From Planctomycetota bacterium (GTDB taxonomy: Bacteria; Planctomycetota; Planctomycetia; Pirellulales; Thermoguttaceae), in assembly GCA_043824335.1 (NCBI GenBank), contig JBDRTC010000212.1:1-42197 (forward strand): DNA of 42,197 bases. Direction: 5' to 3'. Of this stretch, positions 35,190-42,197 are shown one piece after another. The notes under the pieces are model-generated. The model was not told where the DNA came from. It made no database searches and saw nothing but the letters and a program-made list of their open reading frames with translations. The position numbers and the translations under genes were made by a program. How positions within the stretch are numbered: position 1 is the first letter of the stretch; each line of letters begins with the position of its first letter.

Positions 35190-38100
35190 CTACCCTCCGC
35201 CGCCTGACCGACCGCAGCATTTCTTGTGCTTCTTTCCGCTCCCACAAGGGCAGGGGTCGTTGCGTCCGACGCGTTGTGCCCGGTTGCGGATCGGCTGCGG
35301 CTTGCGGTCGGCCTCGGTGCCGTCGATGGCGGCCTGCTGCTGTTCGGCGATCTCACTGGCCCCGGGCGCCTGTTCATGGACGGCTCTGGCCTCGCGAAAG
35401 GTGGAGGCCAGCAGCCCGGCCGGCAACTCCTCGGTCTTGAAGACCATGTCGGTCACGCGCTGGCCGATGGTCGTCCACATCTGCTCAAAGGTCCGCATGC
35501 CCTCGCGCTTGTATTCCACCTTGGGGTCGACCTGGGCGTATCCTCGCAGGCCGACGCTGCTCCGCAAGTGGTCCATCACCAGGAGATGGTTTTTCCACGC
35601 CGTGTCGAGATGCTGCAGGAGCAGAAACCGCTCCAAGCGGCGCATTTCGCGCCGGTACCGTTCTTCGACGGCCGCCGCGAGCCGGTGTTCGAGGTCCTCC
35701 CGCTCCATCGCCGCCATCTCTTCCGGCGCGAGCCGGCAATTGAGCTTCTCCTCGAGCCAACCGGAGAGCGAGCGCCACGGGCCGTCGTGGCGCACCGAAA
35801 CCTGGGACGAATCGAGCGAGGCTTCCCCGTTGAACAGCTCTTCCACGCGCCGGTGGACCTCCGCCGCCGTCTCGCGCCCCTCTTCGGCGAAGCGGCGGCT
35901 CTTTTCGACCAGGATCGCCCGGATCTCGTGCCGCTGCTTGCTCTTCAAGTCGTCGACGGAGATTTCCACGCCGAACCGGTCGCGGACCTGCTTGACCACC
36001 TCCTCGCGATTGTAGCGCTTGTAGCCGGCGGCGTCGCGCGTGACGGACTCGGACAACACGCCCATCACGGGAAACTCGACCTCTTTCTCCTCGTAGGTCG
36101 CTTTGGCCCGCTGGCGGATCAGGTCCTTCAGCGGTTCGGGCTCCAGATCACGGGCTTCCTGCGTGTCGATCTCGATGCCGAACTTCCAGCGGACCCAGCC
36201 GCAGGCGGTGAGCAGCCCGAAGTCGGGTTCGAGATAGCGGGCCCCTTCGCTGAGATCGACCTTGCGGATGGCCCCCGTGACCTGCTCGAGCAACTGCTCG
36301 CTCATCTGGTCGCGGCCGACCTGCTTGAGCTTGTGATCGCGCACGCCGAGCTGCCAGCGGGTGTTCACGGCCTTGGCCAGCGCCGCCCAGTTCCATTCGC
36401 TCTGGTCGACCTCGTCGGGGAGGTTCTCTTCGATCAGGTCGAGCACCTGCCCCTCCGCCAAACGTTCGGCCACGTCCTTGGCATAGCCTTCCGCGGCATC
36501 GAAGTCCATCTCGCGAAACTCGCGGGCGTCCAGGTCGGCGGACAGCATCTTGCGGGCCGACTCGGTGAACGTTTCCGCGCCGTAGTCCTTGGCCAGGAAC
36601 AGGCCGATGTGGTGGTCGATCTCGTGATCGATCATCTGGAGGATGAGCCCCTTGCAGTCGGCGCCGTCGAGGATCCGCTGGCGGTATCCGTAGACGCGTT
36701 TTCGCTGCTCGTCCATGACTTCGTCGTATTCGAGCAGGTTCTTGCGGATCTCGAAGTTGCGTTCCTCGACTTTCTTTTGGGCCCCTTCGATCCGCCGGGA
36801 GACCATGCGGCTTTCGATCGCCTGGCCCTCTTCCATACCCAGCCGGGTGAGGATGTTTCTCACCCACTCCCCGGCGAAGATCCGCATCAGGTCGTCTTCC
36901 AGGGAGAGGTAGAAGCGGCTTGAGCCCGGGTCGCCCTGCCGGCCGCAGCGTCCGCGGAGCTGGAGGTCGATTCGGCGGGCTTCGTGGCGCTCGGTGGCGA
37001 GGATGTGCAGGCCGCCCATGGCGGCTACGGCGCGGCCCTCGACCTCCATCTGCTCCCGCTGTTCGATTTCGTTGACCAAGGCATCCCACTCCGCGGGCGG
37101 GACGTCGAGCCGGGTGGCGTATTTCTCCTGGAGCTGGGCCCAGGCCATGGCCTCGGGATTGCCGCCGAGGACGATGTCGGTTCCCCGGCCCGCCATGTTT
37201 GTGGCGATGGTCACCGCGCTTTTGCGGCCCGCCTGGGCGATGATCTCCGCTTCGCGTTTGTGGTGTTTGGCGTTGAGCACCTCGTGCTTGATGCCCTTCT
37301 TGTCGAGCATGCCGGAAATCAGCTCGCTTCGTTCGATGGAAACGGTTCCCACCAGGATCGGCCGGCCGCGTCGTTCGATCTCGCGGATCTTGGACTGCGG
37401 AACGGTTTCCGGCTCCTTGCTCCCCTTGGGAGTGAACTCGATGGCGCCGTCGCGCTCGCGGACGATCCGACCCCACCGCGGTTCGCCCTTTTTTGGAACC
37501 AGCACGTCCCATTTGTTCAGCCGCTCGATCTCCTCGACGATCGCGCCGTATTTCTCGCGCTCGCTGCGGTAGATGACGTCCGGGTGGTTGAGTCGTTGGA
37601 GCGTCTGGTTGGTGGGGATGGCGATCACGTCGAGCTTGTAGATTTTCCAGAACTCGCCCGCTTCCGTCATCGCGGTTCCGGTCATGCCGCAGATCTTGTC
37701 GTAGAGCTTGAAGTAGTTCTGGAGCGTGATGGTGGCCAGCGTCTGGTTTTCCTCCTTGACGGGCACTCCTTCCTTGGCTTCGACGGCCTGGTGCAGGCCG
37801 TCGCTCCAGTTGCGGCCCGGCATCAGCCGCCCGGTGAACTCGTCGACGATGACCACCTCGGCGCCCGCTCCCTCCTTCTTTTGCACCACGTAGTTCACGT
37901 CGTGCTTGTAAAGGTGATGGGCCTTCAGGGAGTTGTCGATCAGGTGGGGCCACTCCATGTTGCCGGCCGTGTAGAAGCTCTCCACGCCCGCCAGCTTTTC
38001 CGCTTCCCGCACTCCCACGTCGGTCAGATGGGCGCTGTGCTCCTTTTCGTTGACCTCGAAGTGCGTGTCGCGCTTCAACTGCCGGGCGATGCGGTCGGCC

Positions 38101-38900
38101 ACGCGGTAGCGGGTGACGTCGTCGTGGGCGGGGCCGGAAATGATCAGCGGCGTCCGGGCTTCGTCGATGAGGATGTTGTCAACCTCGTCGACGATGGCAA
38201 AGTGCAATGGCCCCTGCACCTGTTGTTGCGACCGGTCGTAGTGCTTGTCGCCCTTGGCCGCCGGACGCATGTGGTCGCGGAGGTAGTCGAAGCCGAACTC
38301 GTTGTTCGTGCCGTAGGTGATGTCGCATTCGTAGGCCCGCTGGCGATCGCCGGGTTCCATGCCGGCCTGGATCACGCCCACAGAGAGCCCCAACGACATG
38401 TAAAGCGGGCCCATCCACTCGCTGTCGCGCCGGGCCAGGTAGTCGTTCACCGTGACGACATGGACCCCCTTGCCCACCAGAGCGTTCAGATAGGCCGGCA
38501 GCGTGGCGACCAGGGTTTTTCCTTCCCCGGTGACCATTTCGGCGATCGCGCCGCCGTTGAGCACCATGCCGCCCGTCAGTTGGACGTCGTAGTGGCGCAT
38601 CCCCAGCACGCGGCGCCCCGCTTCGCGGCAGATGGCAAAGGCGTCGATCAGAAGGTCGTCCACCATCTCCCCCGCCCGAAGCCGCTTGCGGAACTTCTCG
38701 GTTTGCGCCTTCAGTTCCGCGTCGGTCATTTCCTGGTACTTGGCTTCCCGGGCGTTGATCGCGTCGACCCTCGGCTGCAGCTTCTTGAGGTACCGGGCGT
38801 TCGAGGAACCGAACACCGAGGTCACCACGCGTTCGAGCCCCCGGGCCAGCCCGCCGAAAAAGTCACTTGCGAAGTCGAATATACGTTCCAGATATTCCAT
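35190..38900 (-). CDS. secA: Preprotein translocase ATPase SecA (expanded, 1236 aa)
   Basis: Walker [64 protein letters not shown]-terminal zinc finger [14 protein letters not shown]. Confidence 0.95.
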   Translation of the reverse strand: MEYLERIFDFASDFFGGLARGLERVVTSVFGSSNARYLKKLQPRVDAINAREAKYQEMTDAELKAQTEKFRKRLRAGEMVDDLLIDAFAICREAGRRVLGMRHYDVQLTGGMVLNGGAIAEMVTGEGKTLVATLPAYLNALVGKGVHVVTVNDYLARRDSEWMGPLYMSLGLSVGVIQAGMEPGDRQRAYECDITYGTNNEFGFDYLRDHMRPAAKGDKHYDRSQQQVQGPLHFAIVDEVDNILIDEARTPLIISGPAHDDVTRYRVADRIARQLKRDTHFEVNEKEHSAHLTDVGVREAEKLAGVESFYTAGNMEWPHLIDNSLKAHHLYKHDVNYVVQKKEGAGAEVVIVDEFTGRLMPGRNWSDGLHQAVEAKEGVPVKEENQTLATITLQNYFKLYDKICGMTGTAMTEAGEFWKIYKLDVIAIPTNQTLQRLNHPDVIYRSEREKYGAIVEEIERLNKWDVLVPKKGEPRWGRIVRERDGAIEFTPKGSKEPETVPQSKIREIERRGRPILVGTVSIERSELISGMLDKKGIKHEVLNAKHHKREAEIIAQAGRKSAVTIATNMAGRGTDIVLGGNPEAMAWAQLQEKYATRLDVPPAEWDALVNEIEQREQMEVEGRAVAAMGGLHILATERHEARRIDLQLRGRCGRQGDPGSSRFYLSLEDDLMRIFAGEWVRNILTRLGMEEGQAIESRMVSRRIEGAQKKVEERNFEIRKNLLEYDEVMDEQRKRVYGYRQRILDGADCKGLILQMIDHEIDHHIGLFLAKDYGAETFTESARKMLSADLDAREFREMDFDAAEGYAKDVAERLAEGQVLDLIEENLPDEVDQSEWNWAALAKAVNTRWQLGVRDHKLKQVGRDQMSEQLLEQVTGAIRKVDLSEGARYLEPDFGLLTACGWVRWKFGIEIDTQEARDLEPEPLKDLIRQRAKATYEEKEVEFPVMGVLSESVTRDAAGYKRYNREEVVKQVRDRFGVEISVDDLKSKQRHEIRAILVEKSRRFAEEGRETAAEVHRRVEELFNGEASLDSSQVSVRHDGPWRSLSGWLEEKLNCRLAPEEMAAMEREDLEHRLAAAVEERYRREMRRLERFLLLQHLDTAWKNHLLVMDHLRSSVGLRGYAQVDPKVEYKREGMRTFEQMWTTIGQRVTDMVFKTEELPAGLLASTFREARAVHEQAPGASEIAEQQQAAIDGTEADRKPQPIRNRAQRVGRNDPCPCGSGKKHKKCCGRSGGGG

Positions 38901-39185
38901 GGCATTCGAGCCGGGATATTCTCAGAGAGCAATTAGGGAGCAAGAGAGAAACCGAACCATCCAGGCATTGTTGGGAGGGGCTGGCGCCGTCGGCTTGTCC
39001 ACGGGTGGCGAGGCGCCGTCGAAAATCAAGACGCTGGCAAACGTCCAGACGAGCGTATCCACCGGAGCGGCCTGGCTACTATTCGAGATACGCTCCGCAA
39101 ACGGGCCACCGCAACCGTCGCGGGAAGGGCCCAACTCGTTCCCGATACCCAATCTACCTATGATCTTACGTCCAGTCAAGAAGGG

Positions 39186-40148
39186 TTGTTCGGGCGATTT
39201 ACACCTCTAGAGGGGTCTTGTCCAGTTTGGACCGGCCTTGCCAAACGCCCCGGGTTCGAGGCAGAATGGGCTGCGGCTATCTGCTCCGGTCGCCCGGCCA
39301 GGTCACGTTTTCGCAAGCTTGGGAACAAATTGCCAAAGATTCCGGAAAGCAACGACATTCCAGGTCAGTTCGTGTTTTTGGGAACCGGGACGTCACACGG
39401 TATTCCCGTGATCGGCTGTAGATGCGAGACCTGTGCCAGTGCCAACCCAAAGAATGTGCGGACCCGCTGCTCGGCCGTTCTGGGGCTCCCCGAGGGCAAT
39501 CTGCTGATCGACACGCCGCCGGAGCTGCGCGTGCAACTGGTTCGCGAGGGGATCGGTCTGATCCACTCGGTCGTGTACACCCACGCGCACGCTGATCACC
39601 TGTTCGGACTGGACGATCTGCGAATCTTTCCCCTCTACCTGGGCCACGAACTGCCGATCTACTGCGACGAGCAGGTCGAGGCGAGTATCCGCCGGTCTTT
39701 CGGCTACGCGTTCGATCCGGCGACCCGGCACATTCCCGCGGGTGGCCTGCCGAAGCTTGCGTTCCGCCGGATCACCACCGAGCCGTTCGAGGTGCTCGGG
39801 GCCCGGGTGGTTCCTATCCGGCTGGCACACGGAGGTTGCCGCGTACTGGGGTTTCGCATCGGCGGCCTGGCCTACTGCACCGACACCAAGGAAATCCCGC
39901 CCGAAAGCATGGCGCTGCTCGCGGACCTCGACGTGCTGATCCTCGATTGCCTGCGTCGCGAGCCGCACGTCACGCACTTGAGTTTGGACGAATCGCTTGA
40001 AGTAGCCCGGCGGCTCGCGCCCAGGCGAACGTTGTTGACGCATCTCTGCCATCGCCTCGAACATGAAGCGATCAGTGAAGAGCTACCGCCGGGGGTCGAA
40101 TTGGCGTATGATGGCCTGAGAATACCGCTGGAAATCCAGCCAACGTGA
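39186..40148 (+). CDS. MBL-fold metallo-hydrolase (PhnP/GPMBL-like); start uncertain
   Basis: FVFLGTGTSHGIP..C.C..C.., and HAHADH metal-binding motif. The tracked start at 39186 is a TTG. In-frame TTG at 39330 or GTG at 39372 would give the usual short N-terminus. Confidence 0.7.
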   Translation: MFGRFTPLEGSCPVWTGLAKRPGFEAEWAAAICSGRPARSRFRKLGNKLPKIPESNDIPGQFVFLGTGTSHGIPVIGCRCETCASANPKNVRTRCSAVLGLPEGNLLIDTPPELRVQLVREGIGLIHSVVYTHAHADHLFGLDDLRIFPLYLGHELPIYCDEQVEASIRRSFGYAFDPATRHIPAGGLPKLAFRRITTEPFEVLGARVVPIRLAHGGCRVLGFRIGGLAYCTDTKEIPPESMALLADLDVLILDCLRREPHVTHLSLDESLEVARRLAPRRTLLTHLCHRLEHEAISEELPPGVELAYDGLRIPLEIQPT

Positions 40149-41554
40149 TGATGAAAGAGACCCTCTACGGCAATCTGGAAACCTACGGCCAGCAGCACTT
40201 GCTCGACTTCTGGGACGACCTCGACGAGCAACAACGGGAGTCGCTGGCCGCCGAGATCCGCGGAATCGACTTCGAGTTGGTTGGATCGCTCTACGCGCGT
40301 CGCGGCGAGACGGGCGGGGCGGAAGAGATCCAGGCCCTGGCCGAACGGGCGACGGCCGCCCCGTCGTTTCGGCTCGGGGACCCGCGGAACCGGTTCTCGC
40401 CCGAGGAGGCGCGACGCCACGGCGCCGAGGCGCTCGGTGCCGGTCACGTCGGCGTCAGCCTGGTCGCCGGGGGACAGGGCTCACGGCTCGGGTTCGACCA
40501 CCCGAAGGGCATGTACCCGATCGGCCCGGTCTCGGGGAATACACTCTTCCAGATCCTCGTGGAGAAGCTCCTGGCCACCTCGCGTCGTCATGGGGCGCCG
40601 ATCCCTTTGTACCTGATGACCAGCCCGGTTACGCACGCCGAAACGGTCGACTTCCTCGCCCGGCACGATCGCTTCGGACTGCCCGACGACGACCTGGCGA
40701 TCTTCTGCCAGGCGATAATGCCGGCAGTCGACGCCGCCACCGGCAAGGTATTGCTCGCCGAGCGGGGCCGCGTGGCCTTGAGTCCCGACGGCCACGGAGG
40801 CATGCTCGCGGCGCTTGCCCGGAGCGGTTGCCTCGCAGACATGCGCCGGCGCGGCGTGCGGCACCTGTTCCATTTCCAGGTGGACAATCCGCTGGTGGAG
40901 GTCTGCTCGCCGGAGTTTATCGGCTACCATCTCCTTTCTGGCTCCGAGATGTCGACCCAGGTGATCGCCAAGCGGACGCCGCTGGACCGGGTGGGGAACG
41001 TCGTTGCAGTCGGCGGGCGGCTCCGCGTGATCGAGTACAGCGATTTGCCCGAGCACGTGGCCGAAAAACGCAAGCCCGACGGCTCGCTGCTCTTAAGCGC
41101 GGGCAGCATCGCGGTTCACGCCATCGACGTTGGGTTTCTGGAGCAGGCGGCCGCCACGGCCGACGCGCTCCCGTTCCACCTCGCCCACAAAAAGGTCAAG
41201 CATATTGATTCCAGCGGCAGAAAGGTCGAGCCGGAGGAGCCCAACGCGCTGAAGTTCGAGCGATTCATTTTCGACCTGATGCTGTCGGCCTCCAACGCGA
41301 TCGTGGTGGAGGTCGACGCAGCTCGGCACTTCGCCCCTTTGAAAAACGCCTCGGAGGAGGCCGACGAGGACACGCCCGAGACGGTCCGAGCCCAAATCGT
41401 GACCCTTTATACGGAGTGGCTCCGACGTGCCGGGGCGGAAGTGGCCGAGGGAGTGGTTGTCGAGATCAGCCCCCTGTTTGCGCTGGACGCCGAAGAGTTG
41501 GCCGAAAAAATCGAGCCGGGGCCCCCGTTGACCAAACCGACTTATTTCTCCTGA
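40148..41554 (+). CDS. UDPGP-family (UAP1/UGP-type) UDP-sugar pyrophosphorylase
   Basis: LVAGGQGSRLGFDHPKGMYPIG pyrophosphorylase loop. ..LYLMTS.., ..SPDGHGG.., ..FHFQVDNPL.., ..KFERFIFD... Three start options exist (GTG 40145, ATG 40148, ATG 40151), overlapping the MBL stop. Confidence 0.75.
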   Translation: MMKETLYGNLETYGQQHLLDFWDDLDEQQRESLAAEIRGIDFELVGSLYARRGETGGAEEIQALAERATAAPSFRLGDPRNRFSPEEARRHGAEALGAGHVGVSLVAGGQGSRLGFDHPKGMYPIGPVSGNTLFQILVEKLLATSRRHGAPIPLYLMTSPVTHAETVDFLARHDRFGLPDDDLAIFCQAIMPAVDAATGKVLLAERGRVALSPDGHGGMLAALARSGCLADMRRRGVRHLFHFQVDNPLVEVCSPEFIGYHLLSGSEMSTQVIAKRTPLDRVGNVVAVGGRLRVIEYSDLPEHVAEKRKPDGSLLLSAGSIAVHAIDVGFLEQAAATADALPFHLAHKKVKHIDSSGRKVEPEEPNALKFERFIFDLMLSASNAIVVEVDAARHFAPLKNASEEADEDTPETVRAQIVTLYTEWLRRAGAEVAEGVVVEISPLFALDAEELAEKIEPGPPLTKPTYFS

Positions 41555-41581
41555 CAACTTGGGAGTTTCTTGGAAATCGCC

Positions 41582-42197
41582 ATGCTACACGCTCTCATCA
41601 TGGCCGGCGGATCCGGCACCCGCTTCTGGCCCGAAAGCCGGGCCGACCGGCCCAAGCAGTTGCTCAAAATGCTGGGCGATCGGACGATGATCCAGACCAC
41701 CGTCGACCGGTTGGGCGACCTGGTCCCTCCGGAGCGCGTCTTCGTGGCGACCACGGAACGCCTGGCGGGCAGAATCGCCGAACAGCTTTCGCAGTTGCCC
41801 CGGGAGGCAATCCTCGTCGAGCCGTGCAAGCGCGACACGGCCCCCTGCATCGGTCTGGCCGCGGCTCGCATCCTCCGCGAAGACCCTGACGCCACCATGG
41901 CCGTGATGCCGGCCGACCACGTGATTGAGCCGGAGGAGGACTTTCGCAATGCGATCCGATTCGCCGCCGACCTGGTCGAAAAGAATCCCCAGCGGCTGGT
42001 CACCTTCGGCGTCCGCCCCACGTATCCGTCCGAGTCGTTCGGGTACATCCAGCGGCGCGATCGGCTGGAGCCGGACACCGGCGCCGGGTGCCATGCCCTC
42101 GCGAAGCGTGGGCATGTGGCGCCAAACATGGCGACGCAAGCGACGCCATGCCACCCGCCGCCGACCGTGTATCGGGTTGAGAAGTTCCACGAGAAAC
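41582..42197 (+). CDS. manC: Mannose-1-phosphate guanylyltransferase (partial, runs off window)
   Basis: MLHALIMAGGSGTRFWPESR..PKQLL.., ..EPCKRDTAPCIGLAA.., ..VMPADHVI.., ..FGYI.., ..KFHEK(P). No stop occurs before the window end, so it is absent from the ORF track. Confidence 0.8.
   Translation, partial: MLHALIMAGGSGTRFWPESRADRPKQLLKMLGDRTMIQTTVDRLGDLVPPERVFVATTERLAGRIAEQLSQLPREAILVEPCKRDTAPCIGLAAARILREDPDATMAVMPADHVIEPEEDFRNAIRFAADLVEKNPQRLVTFGVRPTYPSESFGYIQRRDRLEPDTGAGCHALAKRGHVAPNMATQATPCHPPPTVYRVEKFHEK

Noticed and set aside
35226-38936. Long plus-strand ORFs (35226..36923, 36984..38936) and the 601-aa alternate-frame ORF 36148..37953 across secA
   Set aside because: They are antisense or off-frame shadows of an unambiguous SecA gene, with biased R/G/P/A/H composition.

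Overview
High-GC bacterial chromosomal segment. The gene content looks planctomycete-like: a MoxR/DUF58/BatA operon, LamG and BNR exoproteins, a very long SecA, and a Cys-rich DDYCPK-repeat protein. The taxon call is inference only. I found no rRNA, tRNA or CRISPR array.

Roughly 30 intact CDS are supported:
- a TetR-controlled tripartite RND efflux system (OMF divergent from tetR-MFP-RND)
- a thiolase plus fused dehydrogenase/hydratase operon
- two secreted LamG/BNR proteins
- gdhA
- a dCache histidine kinase plus NtrC-type sigma-54 activator
- ilvC
- an MMPL exporter
- envelope and sugar-nucleotide genes (GT4, waaA, UDPGP-type pyrophosphorylase, manC)
- ogt
- secA
- a DUF6883/DUF4926 pair

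The most unusual feature is that the left 12 kb is a mosaic of gene remnants. It holds a transposase tail, a MoxR gene fused out of frame to the 3' half of a DUF58 gene, and a BatA/vWA gene abutting the first ~54 codons of an inverted TetR gene. It also holds a CsrA-like remnant at the end of tetR and a downstream ORF that seems to lack its 5' end. This suggests several deletions, or replacement of part of a Bat-type operon by an efflux-containing block.

Other points worth checking:
- a 26-Cys, 60-bp-periodic repeat protein translationally coupled to the efflux OMF
- two near-consensus sigma-54 promoters, one with an upstream palindrome ahead of a 104-aa orphan gene and gdhA, the other ahead of the GT4 gene
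- a 25-bp-arm inverted repeat in the ilvC leader
- a ~100-bp compound palindrome in the MMPL/GT4 intergenic region

All functional calls come from motif recognition by eye. No database search was run.
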